Source: Syntrophorhabdaceae bacterium (GTDB taxonomy: Bacteria; Desulfobacterota; Syntrophorhabdia; Syntrophorhabdales; Syntrophorhabdaceae). Taken from it: a stretch of DNA of 64,000 nt. A program made the position numbers and the translations under genes. The stretch covers positions 3,808,001 through 3,872,000 of the forward strand of contig OY762209.1 of assembly GCA_963665295.1 (NCBI GenBank), in the 5' to 3' direction. Below are positions 37,641 through 48,125 of the stretch, piece after piece (position 1 is the first letter of the stretch; the number at the start of each line of letters is the position of its first letter). The notes beneath the pieces were generated by a model, which ran no database searches, had not been told where the DNA came from, and saw only the letters and a list, made by a program, of their open reading frames with translations.

Positions 37641-39941
37641 GTGCAATCAAAACTTGAAGATGTACTTCAGGAGAAAGAACGCGAGTTAAAACTCTATCAA
37701 AGATTCCTGGATCTCAGGAGTCTTTGCGAAATGAGGATCTTTCCTTCCACTGATATTCCCTTAAGAGAACACGTAGAAGACCTGAAGTCCGTGGTGGAGC
37801 GAATCATGCCGGACCCGAGGGATAGAAGCGAGGAGATGTTTTCCGGTGAGATATTCGCCTTGCTCGGGGCGATCTACCTTCACGATACAGGCTTGGTGAA
37901 GGACTGCAAGTGGGATGGAAACGATGTCACTCTGAGCGCTTTCGACACTGCCCATAAGAAAATTCTGGTCAACAGCCTCATAGGCAGGCACCTCGACATC
38001 CCGGAAAGGGCTATAGAGATTGTCAATTACCTTAGTCTTTCGGACATCATACGGAAGACGCCCGTGAAGTGGGAAATTACAGAGGGCGAAAAAAAAGCTC
38101 TCATAAGGAACCCAAGGGTATTAGGTCATATTTTCGATTTTTCCCACCTCATCCTCGATGTCTTTTACGCTGATTTTCGATACTCGGGGCTGAGGAGGTA
38201 TACAGGGCTGAAACTTCCTCTGGATCGGAGGCGAACAGAAATTGAAATCGACAGCAGGGAAGGGGTTATCCGAATCAAATATCACGCCACGTCGCCTTAC
38301 GAACATCACCGGTTCGAGAGCGCCAAGGCCTATGTAAACGGCGCTTTCACCCTGTTCAGGAATAACGTCAACGGAAGACTGGGTCTGCAGTATAGAGAGA
38401 TTAAATGGGAAGTGACAGGTGATCCGGATTATGAGACCCGCGTTTCCGAGGAACCCTGCATCCGGGATGAGCGGAAATGGCCTCTCCTCGATAGATGGGA
38501 GGAAGCTGCATGTATTCTGGATAGGACCTTCGATCTTGGGTATGCCATGGTTGTGGGAGAGGAATCGGCAGGGAAGACCACGGTACTGCGATCGTTTGTT
38601 CTACCTCAGCTTACCTCCGTGACGGCAAATGCCTTTTACTGCGAGATCTGGGAGAACCCGGTGCGCGAGGTCCGGGACGTCATATTCAGGAGACGTAAGG
38701 GATTGGGTTATTCCGGGTTGGACATTATTTCCGTATGCAAACAGGTCCTTGGGGAAGGACCATGTTTTTTTGTGCTCGATGCCTGTGAGCGGGTAGCGGC
38801 CCTCGATCAAAAGGAGAAGGAAAAGCTCGAAAGGTTCCTGAATTTTTGTCTCGGCGAGGAGAATGCTTATCTCATCGTATCAGGAGATAAGGAAGGGTTT
38901 TTGGACTGGTTTACTCCTATGAGCAAAATGAACATGTCGTCGATCTTTGAGATCAAGGCTCCGGAGGGGGTAAGGGCCGGGGATGCTGCGGGATGGAACT
39001 CGGGAAGGGGAAGGGCCGGAGACTCCGGGCCCATCAAGTGGGAACTGCTTCACGGTGGCGTTAATGTGGAGGTTACACTGAAGGGGATCGTCGATGAGGC
39101 GGACGAGGCAAAAGAAATCAGGGGCATCCTTGCGTGCCTGATAGAGATGAACGAGAAGCACTTGAAGCGATACACCGTCGACGACATCCGGCTGGAGACA
39201 TGCATTCCGGGTGACCGGATCCTTCGATGTCTGGAGGTGTTAAAACGGGAGGGCATCATCACGAGGTCCGAGTTCTCCGGTTCCGTTTATTATTCTCTCT
39301 CCAGCAGATATCTCAAGACGGCTGTTTACGGTATTCTGAACCTCCGTGAACTGGAAGGAAAGAAGGACGTGAGGAACATGATCCACGATTCCTTCGTGAA
39401 TGAAGTCTTTCTGGATAAGGAAGCCCTGGACCTGATTCAGGAATGGCAATACGAGATGGTCTTTTCAAGAGAAGAAATGGGGTTGATAATCGGTAGTCTC
39501 ATAGATCTCGGGGAAGATTGCGGGTCTTTTCTCGGAAAGGCAAGACAGGACGAGAGCGGCATCGATATTCAGCCTATCCTTAAGTTTATATATTCGGGGG
39601 AAGCGGAGAAAAGGGCCAGGGCTATCGAAGTGCTCGTAGATATTCAGGACAAGAACATGGTCAACCCTTTGCTGATCCATCTCAGGAAAGAGAAGGTGCA
39701 CGAGATCAGGGACCTCCTTATCAAGGGGATAGGCCGTACCGGCAAGAAGAGGACAATGATTGCCATCATTCAGACCCTGAGGGAGATCGGAGACAGCCAC
39801 ATGCGGGTAAAGTCGATCCAGCTTTTTCATTCTCTTCTCGGAAAGAATGCGAAGGGCCTTCTTCAGGAAATCAAGGAACGGGAAGAAGACCCTGTCGTGC
39901 TCGAAGAGGTGGAGAGACTCCTTTCTAACTCGGAAACTTAG
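37641..39941 (+). CDS. Multidomain protein: HD-CE-like domain, STAND-like P-loop NTPase, winged helix, HEAT-like repeats
   Basis: [15 protein letters not shown]; Walker [20 protein letters not shown]; Walker [10 protein letters not shown]-terminal helical repeats. Domain names are inferred. Confidence 0.55.
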   Translation: MQSKLEDVLQEKERELKLYQRFLDLRSLCEMRIFPSTDIPLREHVEDLKSVVERIMPDPRDRSEEMFSGEIFALLGAIYLHDTGLVKDCKWDGNDVTLSAFDTAHKKILVNSLIGRHLDIPERAIEIVNYLSLSDIIRKTPVKWEITEGEKKALIRNPRVLGHIFDFSHLILDVFYADFRYSGLRRYTGLKLPLDRRRTEIEIDSREGVIRIKYHATSPYEHHRFESAKAYVNGAFTLFRNNVNGRLGLQYREIKWEVTGDPDYETRVSEEPCIRDERKWPLLDRWEEAACILDRTFDLGYAMVVGEESAGKTTVLRSFVLPQLTSVTANAFYCEIWENPVREVRDVIFRRRKGLGYSGLDIISVCKQVLGEGPCFFVLDACERVAALDQKEKEKLERFLNFCLGEENAYLIVSGDKEGFLDWFTPMSKMNMSSIFEIKAPEGVRAGDAAGWNSGRGRAGDSGPIKWELLHGGVNVEVTLKGIVDEADEAKEIRGILACLIEMNEKHLKRYTVDDIRLETCIPGDRILRCLEVLKREGIITRSEFSGSVYYSLSSRYLKTAVYGILNLRELEGKKDVRNMIHDSFVNEVFLDKEALDLIQEWQYEMVFSREEMGLIIGSLIDLGEDCGSFLGKARQDESGIDIQPILKFIYSGEAEKRARAIEVLVDIQDKNMVNPLLIHLRKEKVHEIRDLLIKGIGRTGKKRTMIAIIQTLREIGDSHMRVKSIQLFHSLLGKNAKGLLQEIKEREEDPVVLEEVERLLSNSET

Positions 39942-41196
39942 TCATCCCGTGCACATATGGTCTCAGCGCTTCAGGTACGACGATGGCTCCGTCCTGAGTC
40001 TGATAGTTTTCCATTATGGCCATTACCGTCCGACCGATGGCAAGACCGGAACCGTTCAGAGTGTGAACAAGGTCAACCTTTCCCGACCCCTTCCTGTACC
40101 GGATCTTTGCTCGCCGCGCCTGAAAACTGTCAAAGTTGCTGCACGACGATATCTCCCGGTAGATGTTTTGTCCGGGTAGCCAGACCTCGATATCGTATGT
40201 CTTTGAGGATGAGAATCCCAGATCTCCCGTGGAAAGAGCCGATACACGGTAGTGGACGTTAAGCTTTTTTAAAACATCCTCGGCATCGAGGAGGAGGCTT
40301 TCCAGTTCGTCGTAGGAGTTCTCGGGAAGGGCGAATTTCACCAACTCCACTTTGTTGAATTGGTGTAGTCTTGTGAGACCTCTCGTGTCTTTCCCGTGAG
40401 CGCCGGCTTCCTTCCTGAAGCAAGGCGTATATGCCACGTACTTAATGGGAAGGTCATCTTCTTTGAGGATCTCGTTGTTGTGTATATTCGTAACGGGGAC
40501 CTCGGCTGTGGGGATAAGGAAATAGTCGAGACCATCGAGTTTGAAAAGTTCTTCCTCGAACTTGGGAAGTTGGCCCGTGCCTGTCATTGCCTCGCGGTTG
40601 ACCATAAAAGGTGGAAGGACTTCGGTGTATCCGTGTTCCCTCGTATGGAGGTCCAGCATGAAGTTGATGAGCGCCCTTTCGAGGAGGGCTCCGAAGGATT
40701 TGTAGAGGATAAAGCGGGAACCGGTGATCTTGGCGGCCCTTTTGAAATCGAGAATATCAAGCTTCTCTCCTATATCCCAATGAGCCTGCGGTTCGAAGTC
40801 GAAGACCGGTTTCTCTCCCCAGACTTTGACTACTTGGTTGTCTTCCTCACCCGAGCCTTCGGGGACGCTGCTGTGCGGGATATTGGGTATGACGAGAACC
40901 GCGTCGTCCCATTCCTTTTCCACCACTCTCAGTTCTTGTTCAAGGGTTTCTATACTTTTCCCAAGGGTTCTGAGGTGCTCGATCTTATCTGAAGCGTCGG
41001 CGCCCGATTTGCGGAGTTTTGCTATTTCATTTGAAAGCTCATTCTTCTCGCTCTTCTTCTTCTCGCTTTCCTGTATGAGGCTTCTGCGTTTCTCGTCGAG
41101 ATCAAGAACCTGTTTTATATCGAAGGCTGCTCCCCGTTTCCTCAGGGCCTCGGTCACAACTTCGGGTTTTTCACGGATCACTTTAGGGTCGATCAT
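39925..41196 (-). CDS. serS: Seryl-tRNA synthetase
   Basis: N-terminal coiled coil, [37 protein letters not shown]. Confidence 0.97.
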   Translation of the reverse strand: MIDPKVIREKPEVVTEALRKRGAAFDIKQVLDLDEKRRSLIQESEKKKSEKNELSNEIAKLRKSGADASDKIEHLRTLGKSIETLEQELRVVEKEWDDAVLVIPNIPHSSVPEGSGEEDNQVVKVWGEKPVFDFEPQAHWDIGEKLDILDFKRAAKITGSRFILYKSFGALLERALINFMLDLHTREHGYTEVLPPFMVNREAMTGTGQLPKFEEELFKLDGLDYFLIPTAEVPVTNIHNNEILKEDDLPIKYVAYTPCFRKEAGAHGKDTRGLTRLHQFNKVELVKFALPENSYDELESLLLDAEDVLKKLNVHYRVSALSTGDLGFSSSKTYDIEVWLPGQNIYREISSCSNFDSFQARRAKIRYRKGSGKVDLVHTLNGSGLAIGRTVMAIMENYQTQDGAIVVPEALRPYVHGMTKFPS

Positions 41197-41199
41197 GGT

Positions 41200-41730
41200 T
41201 TATTCCTCCACTAATTGATTGTTAAATTCTATGGGTGCGTAGGTGTACAGCAGGCCGTTAATTGTATAGAGAGCCTGTCCCTCAACAAGGATCTGAACGC
41301 TTTTGGCCTCTGCAAAGTTCGAAAGGAACGAATTGACGAGCGAATAGACGGTCGTGATCTCGTTCAAGGGGTTTGCTTTGGCGCTCTTCAGTTCCTGAGA
41401 AAAATTGAGATACATGATTCCCTCTGCGTCTGTGGCGCTTTCGTGAAGGGAGAGGTTCTCCGGCACAGCCTTCTCTTTCTTAAGCTCTGCCACGATTATC
41501 GCGGCCTTGTCTTTTTCCGACAAGCCATTTTTCAATTCCACCATCTTCTTCGTAAGCCTTCCCCCGGCCGCAGGGATAAAGACGGTAAGGCTCTCTTTTT
41601 GAGGGATAGCGACCAACTTTCCCGGTTCCCGATTCCGCATAGTCCCAAAGAGGATTGCCCCCGCGACGCCGACGCAGACGAGGACGGACAGTATAATAAT
41701 CTTGGTTCTAAGTGGGGTGGGTCTTCGCAT
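41200..41730 (-). CDS. GerMN-domain membrane protein
   Basis: TM helix, YLNFS, E...VYSLVNS, VQILVEG. Confidence 0.75.
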   Translation of the reverse strand: MRRPTPLRTKIIILSVLVCVGVAGAILFGTMRNREPGKLVAIPQKESLTVFIPAAGGRLTKKMVELKNGLSEKDKAAIIVAELKKEKAVPENLSLHESATDAEGIMYLNFSQELKSAKANPLNEITTVYSLVNSFLSNFAEAKSVQILVEGQALYTINGLLYTYAPIEFNNQLVEE

Positions 41731-41777
41731 GACGATTCACGTTTACCTTAAGGGCCCGGCAGGCCTAAAACGGGGGC

Positions 41778-42338
41778 CTATCCGCCCTTGACTGCCGTAA
41801 CGAACTCTTCGGAGCGCATTACCCTGAAGATCGGGTAGATCGCGGAATTCCTGTAAGCGTCCACGAAGTTCGTGTGGATTTCCTTCTTGTAAGCGGCGCT
41901 CAAGTCCTCCAGGATCACGGTATGAAAATCGTGGCAGACGGCATCGAAAGCGGTGGCAAGCACGCAAAAGTGCGTGTTGACTCCTCCTACCGCTACTGTG
42001 TCTATATTCATACTCCTCAGCGTCTGATCGAGATCCGTCTTAAAAAAGGCGCTGAACCGTCTCTTCTCCAGTATTATGTCTTTCTTCTGAGGCTCGAGAT
42101 CCGACAGGGGCTTGGTCCCATCGGTTCCTCGTATGGCATGAGGCTTCATTCTTCCTTTGAATATGAAATCATTCTCCAGGAAACTGTCGCAGGCAAATAT
42201 TACCGGGACGGAGAGTCCCCGGCAGGTTCTTAGAAAATCCCTCACGGGTAATATGATCTTCTCTTCCTCTTTCTCGCCCGTACGGTTCTTGCTATAGTTT
42301 CCCTCGAGCATATCAACGATAATTACGGCAGCGTTCAT
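41778..42338 (-). CDS. Isochorismatase/nicotinamidase-family cysteine hydrolase
   Basis: IIVDM, KRRFSAF, GVNTHFCV..TA.DA. Confidence 0.88.
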   Translation of the reverse strand: MNAAVIIVDMLEGNYSKNRTGEKEEEKIILPVRDFLRTCRGLSVPVIFACDSFLENDFIFKGRMKPHAIRGTDGTKPLSDLEPQKKDIILEKRRFSAFFKTDLDQTLRSMNIDTVAVGGVNTHFCVLATAFDAVCHDFHTVILEDLSAAYKKEIHTNFVDAYRNSAIYPIFRVMRSEEFVTAVKGG

Positions 42339-42340
42339 CT

Positions 42341-43123
42341 TCAGACTCCTTTCTGGTCCCTGAGAAAGAGCGTTTCAAAGTTCCGACGGATGTGAAGGGC
42401 CATCTCGTCTATCCCGATGTTCCTTATCTTGGCCAGCCTCTCCACCGTGATTTTAACGAAATGAGGCACATTTCTCTTGCCCCTGTAAGGGTGGGGCGCA
42501 AGAAACGGGGCGTCCGTCTCGGCAAGGATTCTGTCTTGAGGGATGTATCGCGCTACATCGACCAGGGTTGTGTTTTTATTGTAGGTTATTGTTCCCGGAA
42601 TGGAGAGGTAAAAGCCCATGTCGAGCAGTTTGCGGGCAGTCTCCACATCATAAGAAAAGCAGTGGATAACGCCGCCTGCACTCAAACCGCCGATCAAGTC
42701 CCGGAGGGTGGCGACTGTTTCTCTCGCGGCATTTCTCGAATGTACAATAACAGGGAGGCCTACGAGTTTTGCAAGTTCAATCTGTCCTTCGAAAGCCTTT
42801 ATCTGGGCCCCCTGGGGCGAACGGTTCTTGAAGAAATCGAGACCTATTTCACCGAGAGCGAGCATCTTCGGGTGTTTCAGGGAGGAAATGAGCCTCTCCC
42901 TTGCGTGATCGTTGAAATCCCCGGCATTGTGAGGATGGATACCGATTGCGCCATATACCTCGGGGTATTTGTCTATGATCTCCGTTACTTTCGCGAAATA
43001 CCGCTCTTCGGTGCCCACGGTCAGCATACAGACAAGCCCTTCAACCAGACTTGCCTTTATGATTTCGTCCCTGTCGTCATCGAAGTCCTCTATCTCGAGA
43101 TGGCAATGCGTGTCTACATACAT
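42341..43123 (-). CDS. tatD: TatD-family nuclease/hydrolase
   Basis: DTHCH, GIHPH, GEIGLD, HSR, HCFS, ETDAPFL; start at ATG 43123. Confidence 0.92.
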   Translation of the reverse strand: MYVDTHCHLEIEDFDDDRDEIIKASLVEGLVCMLTVGTEERYFAKVTEIIDKYPEVYGAIGIHPHNAGDFNDHARERLISSLKHPKMLALGEIGLDFFKNRSPQGAQIKAFEGQIELAKLVGLPVIVHSRNAARETVATLRDLIGGLSAGGVIHCFSYDVETARKLLDMGFYLSIPGTITYNKNTTLVDVARYIPQDRILAETDAPFLAPHPYRGKRNVPHFVKITVERLAKIRNIGIDEMALHIRRNFETLFLRDQKGV

Positions 43124-43197
43124 GGATGATTTATAGCACATTATAGGTCGCTATTCAAATAAGGATGGGCGTCCGGCTTCAAGGGCGCCGGTTCCTT

Positions 43198-43821
43198 TTA
43201 GCGCGCAACAGTACGTCTCACCTCCGCGGAGATGTCTCTGCTCAGGTCCTCCAGGGCGTCACCCATCGCGGCAACCACGTCGCTGTATTCGTTTCCCTTG
43301 ACAGGCTTTTTCACGGAAGTCTCGCGTATCATCCCCAGGGTCTTGTCTTTCGCAACCACAACCCACCTTGCCTGAACCGTGACGTCCCCGCCCTTAACTG
43401 CATCCAGACGGATGATGTTCACCGGCACCCTGTAGGTGGTGGGCACGTATGACCGCCAGGATACGACCGTCACTGCGTGAGGCGTGAGAAATACGGAAAG
43501 GTTTTCCAGAAGGACCCGTGCTACTCCGTCTTTCAGGGACCCTCCCCACAGGTCGAACTCTGCCACATTGAGTTGGTTCCTGCCTGCGCGCGTGATAATC
43601 TGCGCCTGATCGACGTAATCGGGTATTTCGACGGGTCCGACCCCGAGGCTGATCACGCTCTCCTTCTTTGACACGGAATCAACGGCCGCGGCCCGGGAGG
43701 TTACGGACTGAAGGGTATAGAATCTGGGAGGCTGCGAGGTGCCGCATCCTATGATCAAAAATGGAAAGACCCCCGCCGTGATTGCAAGGATTATCTTCTG
43801 TACCAAGGACAACCTCTTCAT
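43198..43821 (-). CDS. PqiC-like lipoprotein of the MCE transporter
   Basis: Lipobox IIGC, FYTL, GPV.IPDY.D, W...L. Confidence 0.82.
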   Translation of the reverse strand: MKRLSLVQKIILAITAGVFPFLIIGCGTSQPPRFYTLQSVTSRAAAVDSVSKKESVISLGVGPVEIPDYVDQAQIITRAGRNQLNVAEFDLWGGSLKDGVARVLLENLSVFLTPHAVTVVSWRSYVPTTYRVPVNIIRLDAVKGGDVTVQARWVVVAKDKTLGMIRETSVKKPVKGNEYSDVVAAMGDALEDLSRDISAEVRRTVAR

Positions 43822-43822
43822 G

Positions 43823-44782
43823 TCACTCTCCTTTACCTTGTTTGCCTTTCACCACGGCTTCGGGATACCGTTGGAGATAGTCGGTGAGGTACCGCACCGA
43901 GCGGGCGGTCTTCGAAACTTCCTGAAGGGTATGGTCTACATCGATAACCAGTACCGAGTTTTCCGAGGCGACTTCCTGCACGGACAGGAGGGTCTTCTCG
44001 GCCTGCGCCAGCGTGCCCTGGGCTGTCTTCAGGACATCATCCAGTTGCTTTGGGACAGCTTCCGTTTTCGCCAAAACCTGCTTCACGGATTTCGACGAAT
44101 CTTTGAGATTGGCCAGGATGGGGTCTATCTGGTCGTTGACCTTCTTGAGTATCCCTTTGGCCTCCATCAGTCCTTCACTCAAGGATTCAATGCCGGTGAC
44201 GAGTTTCGGAGAATTGACCGCTTTATCGATTCCTTCGAGGGAATGCATCAGTTTGTCGATAATATCCTTCAAGGGGATCTCGGAGGCAGTTCTCAGAAAC
44301 TGGTCGAGGTCGGAAGGAATTGTGGGAATCTCCGGGACTCGCTTGTCACGTCCGACAAGCCTGACGGGCGTGTTGGGGAAGAAATCCAGGTTCACCATCA
44401 ACTGACCCGTTACGATGCTCTGTATATCGAGCTGCGCCCTCAGGCCTTTGGCAATCAGCTTTGGCAACTGCTCCTCCGCGGGTTCGTCGCCTATTACCTT
44501 CACCTTGTTGAGATCGATCTCGACATAGACGGGGATGATAAATGACGTATCCTTGGGGTCGAACTGGAGTTGCACATTGGTCACCGAGCCCACCCTGACA
44601 CCGCGGAACATTACGGGCGAGCCGACGTTGAGCCCTTTTACCGAGCCCTGGAAGTACATGACATCGATCAATTTCTCGGTGAAGAGCTTTCCCGATCCGA
44701 AGATGACCACGGCTACCACGGCGAGAGCCACCGCTCCAACCACAAAGGCGCCGATAAGTGTTTTATTTGCGGGCTTACTCAT
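43823..44782 (-). CDS. mlaD: MlaD/MCE-family protein
   Basis: IGAFV, SVKGLNVGSPVMFRGVRVG, GLRAQL, long helical tail. Confidence 0.88.
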   Translation of the reverse strand: MSKPANKTLIGAFVVGAVALAVVAVVIFGSGKLFTEKLIDVMYFQGSVKGLNVGSPVMFRGVRVGSVTNVQLQFDPKDTSFIIPVYVEIDLNKVKVIGDEPAEEQLPKLIAKGLRAQLDIQSIVTGQLMVNLDFFPNTPVRLVGRDKRVPEIPTIPSDLDQFLRTASEIPLKDIIDKLMHSLEGIDKAVNSPKLVTGIESLSEGLMEAKGILKKVNDQIDPILANLKDSSKSVKQVLAKTEAVPKQLDDVLKTAQGTLAQAEKTLLSVQEVASENSVLVIDVDHTLQEVSKTARSVRYLTDYLQRYPEAVVKGKQGKGE

Positions 44783-44833
44783 GCTTTATCTCCTTCTTTG
44801 TTGATATCGCCAAACGAGTTGCCATCCTCCCTC

Positions 44834-45640
44834 TCATCCCGAACAACACGCGCCGGCCGCATCGTCCTTCTTCCTCTCCGGAGCTATACTGCCCCGCGTA
44901 AGAAATGCATGGACCGTAGGATTGGTGCAATGGGCAAGCAAGTCCTTCGGGTTTCCATTCGCAATCATTGTCTTTGACTCGGCGTCAAGGAAGACGGAAT
45001 TGCTCCCTATGGCAAATATGCTCGCCAGTTCATGGGTAACTACCACGATTGTTGCCCCCAGGCTGTCCCGAAGCTCCAGTATGAGGTCATCAAGGAGGCG
45101 GGCGCTGATAGGGTCCAATCCCGCGGAGGGTTCGTCGAAGAATAGGATCTCGGGGTCGAGGGCCATCGCCCTGGCAAGACCCGCACGTTTCTTCATCCCG
45201 CCGCTTATTTCCGACGGGTAGTATTCCTCAAATCCCGCAAGACCCACAAGGGAGAGTTTGAGAGACACGACCTCCCGAATCTGGGGAGGCGTGAGATCAG
45301 TGTACTCCTCGAGGAGGAGCGCGACATTTTCGGCCAGCGTCATGGAACTCCACAAAGCCCCGCTCTGATAGAGGATCCCGAAGTCTCTCATCGTGCGTTC
45401 TATCTCCTCGGGGTTCATGTCCCAGATGCTTTTCCCGTTATAGAAGACCCGGCCCTTTGCCGGCCTTTGCAGGCCGACGAGATGTCTCAGGAGGGTGCTC
45501 TTGCCGCAACCGCTTCCCCCCATGATGATGAAGATATCTCCCCGGTTAATGGAAAAATTAAGATCGCGCTGGATAAGGTTGCTCCCATAGGCCATGGTAA
45601 GGTCTTCTACGATAATATGGGCTTCTGGTGGTTGTGTCAT
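44834..45640 (-). CDS. mlaF: MlaF-like ABC ATPase
   Basis: GGSGCGKST, ISGGMKKR, FFDEPSAGLDP. Confidence 0.9.
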   Translation of the reverse strand: MTQPPEAHIIVEDLTMAYGSNLIQRDLNFSINRGDIFIIMGGSGCGKSTLLRHLVGLQRPAKGRVFYNGKSIWDMNPEEIERTMRDFGILYQSGALWSSMTLAENVALLLEEYTDLTPPQIREVVSLKLSLVGLAGFEEYYPSEISGGMKKRAGLARAMALDPEILFFDEPSAGLDPISARLLDDLILELRDSLGATIVVVTHELASIFAIGSNSVFLDAESKTMIANGNPKDLLAHCTNPTVHAFLTRGSIAPERKKDDAAGACCSG

Positions 45641-45697
45641 TTCTCTCTCACAGGCGAGGCATTGAATTCAATGGGCGCCGGTTTCCTTTTAGTTAAA

Positions 45698-46864
45698 TCA
45701 GATTCCCAGCATGTTGCAGAGTACGGTAATCAGCGCCGTAGCCACTATTATGCTCACAATACCGGTCACTACCGCGGAGGTAGTCGCATCCCCTACCGCC
45801 GATGCGCTTCTCCCGCACTGCATACCTCTCAGGCATCCCGCAACGGCAATGAGAATGCCGAATACGAGACCACTGAAAAGGCCGATCCACACGTTGACCA
45901 GGGTCACTGCGTTGCGTGTCTCGTTATAGTACTCTCTCACGCTGATATCGAACCCGCCGAGGACGGCGACGATCAACCCCCCCAATATTCCCATCAGATC
46001 TGAATAGAGGGTGAGGAGAGGCATCATGATTGCAAGGGCAAGGACCCTGGGGAGGACCAGAAATTCCATGGGTGATATGCCCGCCGTCTTCAGAGCGTCG
46101 ATCTCCTCGTTTACCTGCATGGTGCCTATTCTCGCGGCAAAGGATGCGCCCGTTCTGCCTGCCATGATTATTCCGGTCATGATCGCGCCCATGGCCCGGG
46201 TCATGGCGATCCCCACAAGGTCGGCAATGTATACCTGGGCTCCGAACATCTTGAGCTGGATGGACCCGACAAAAGCGAGTATAAGACCCACGAGGATGCT
46301 TATCAGGGAGACTATGGGAAGGGCGTCTGCTCCGCATTCCTGCAGGGTAAGCCACAGGTCCGAAGGGCGGAAGCGTGCTTTTCCCGTGCACATCTTGAAC
46401 AGGGCTACCGTGGTGTCGCCGATAAAGGTGAGGGTCTCGACGAAGGAGTTCCACGTACTGACGGCGGCTGCGCCGATCCGCTCGAGGAGGGGAGACTTTG
46501 CCGCGCCCCTACTGCCTCCTTTTCGTTCGGGAACGGCCATGGCCAGCGCGAGAAGACGCCTGGCCCCTTGAGGCAAGCCCGCGTCAATCACTTCTACCTT
46601 CTTTTGGGTGCCGAGGTTGGTTACGTTGATGAGGAAGGTCAGGAGGCCGCTATCCCAGGTGCCGAGATCGCCCGTGTTGAATGTGAGTTTTGCGGGAAGG
46701 GGTGTCTTGCCGAGTTCCGTTTCCACTTCAACTGCCGAGGGCAGGTGGCGGCTGAGCTTCCAATCGCCCGAAAGGTGGACAACAAGGTTTCCCTCAGGCG
46801 TTCTGTCGAGACTGAGCGCTCCTTGTTCTGTGACGGTACCGGGTCGTTGCAGTGGATTAGGCAT
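45698..46864 (-). CDS. mlaE: MlaE-like ABC permease with N-terminal STAS-like domain
   Basis: AGRTG.SFAA.IGTMQVNEEIDAL, LVLPR, VG.ATT.AVV; N-terminal WDSG. Confidence 0.88.
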   Translation of the reverse strand: MPNPLQRPGTVTEQGALSLDRTPEGNLVVHLSGDWKLSRHLPSAVEVETELGKTPLPAKLTFNTGDLGTWDSGLLTFLINVTNLGTQKKVEVIDAGLPQGARRLLALAMAVPERKGGSRGAAKSPLLERIGAAAVSTWNSFVETLTFIGDTTVALFKMCTGKARFRPSDLWLTLQECGADALPIVSLISILVGLILAFVGSIQLKMFGAQVYIADLVGIAMTRAMGAIMTGIIMAGRTGASFAARIGTMQVNEEIDALKTAGISPMEFLVLPRVLALAIMMPLLTLYSDLMGILGGLIVAVLGGFDISVREYYNETRNAVTLVNVWIGLFSGLVFGILIAVAGCLRGMQCGRSASAVGDATTSAVVTGIVSIIVATALITVLCNMLGI

Positions 46865-46956
46865 GATAAGGTCTATTTTAACGTTTCGCGACTCCATAAG
46901 CAAAACAAAAATGTATACTATTCCTCATCCCGCACATCGAAGATCATGATTGCTGC

Positions 46957-47625
46957 CTACCGGTGTTTCTTTACCCCTATCCTGGGACATAGACTGTTTA
47001 TGGGACATCTGTCGCAGAAGGGAGAGACTGGGGTACATACCTTCTGTCCGAAAGCGACCAGAAGGGTGTTGTAAACAATCCAGTATCTCTCGGGCAGGAT
47101 CGCCATGAGGACTTTCTCTGTGTGAAAGGGATCTCTCGTGGTAACGAGGCCGAGTCTGTTCGATATTCTGTGAACGTGTGTATCCACGCAAATAGCGGGT
47201 TTGCCGTAGCCCTCGTTGACGACCAGGTTTGCGGTCTTTCTTCCCACGCCTTTCATCTTCAGAAGTTCCTCCACGGTGTCCGGAACGACACCGTCATACT
47301 CCTCGAGGATGGTTTTTGAAACTTCTTTCAGAGTTCTGGTCTTGTTCCTGTAAAAGCCCACCGGGTATATAAGACTTTGCACTTCTTCGTCCGACAGGCC
47401 CAGTATCTCCCGGGGCGTCCGGGCCTTCTCCATGAGCCTTTTCATCGCCTGCTCGGTAGTCTCATCCTTTGTCCGAAGGCTGAGCAGCGTGCCGATGAGG
47501 ACGAGGAAGGGGTCTTTCCTGCTCCGGGACAACCGGGTGATGACGGGCACATCATCCTTCATGTAGTCAGTGAGAAGGCGCATTACTTCATCTATCCTCG
47601 ACTCATTCCACAGGGTGTTCACCAA
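46957..47625 (-). CDS. nth: Endonuclease III (HhH-GPD, 4Fe-4S), copy 1
   Basis: LLSLRT.D, KGVGRKTAN, VDTHV.R, C-x6-C-x2-C-x5-C. Confidence 0.9.
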   Translation of the reverse strand: MVNTLWNESRIDEVMRLLTDYMKDDVPVITRLSRSRKDPFLVLIGTLLSLRTKDETTEQAMKRLMEKARTPREILGLSDEEVQSLIYPVGFYRNKTRTLKEVSKTILEEYDGVVPDTVEELLKMKGVGRKTANLVVNEGYGKPAICVDTHVHRISNRLGLVTTRDPFHTEKVLMAILPERYWIVYNTLLVAFGQKVCTPVSPFCDRCPINSLCPRIGVKKHR

Positions 47626-48061
47626 AGACCTCCTCCATGAATTGGGACATGCGGACCGCGTGGGACCCTTCCCAATAGATTTTACCGCACCGCGGACACT
47701 TCATGAACGTTTTATAGCGGTGGAAAACAAATTCGGGTACGCAATGCTCCGTATCGGCCCTGGAGATATGGATGAGGGGTACATTGCACACGATACATCG
47801 CGTCATCGCCTTCTCCGAATCAAGGTAAGGCCTTATAATGTGGCGTATTTCCTTCAACTGGGAGGAAGGCTTGTCGGAGCGGATGAATATGACACGGTCC
47901 CGATCCTTGATACCCATCCGTCTCGTAAGGAAGTAGTATGAGTCGTCAGGGTGCGAAAAGCCTTCGCCTTCCCTTATGCTTCTGACATACTCCGCGTCAA
48001 GGCCGACAATTCTAAGATATTTTGCGAGCTTACCGAGCATTGTGTCGCAGACGAATTTCAT
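47603..48061 (-). CDS. Mut7-C RNase-domain protein (PIN-like plus Zn ribbon)
   Basis: D.MLGKLAKYLR..G.D, RC..CN, C..C.KIYWEGSH. Confidence 0.85.
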   Translation of the reverse strand: MKFVCDTMLGKLAKYLRIVGLDAEYVRSIREGEGFSHPDDSYYFLTRRMGIKDRDRVIFIRSDKPSSQLKEIRHIIRPYLDSEKAMTRCIVCNVPLIHISRADTEHCVPEFVFHRYKTFMKCPRCGKIYWEGSHAVRMSQFMEEVFGEHPVE

Positions 48062-48125
48062 GTCCTGGCGCAATCCTCCCAAAGGTATGACATTCCTCCC
48101 CCCATTCCGGGCGAACGGGGGAGCC

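Noticed and set aside
47603..48061. Mut7-C protein as a toxin of a toxin-antitoxin pair
   Set aside because: No adjacent small antitoxin-like gene; it lies within a housekeeping gene run.
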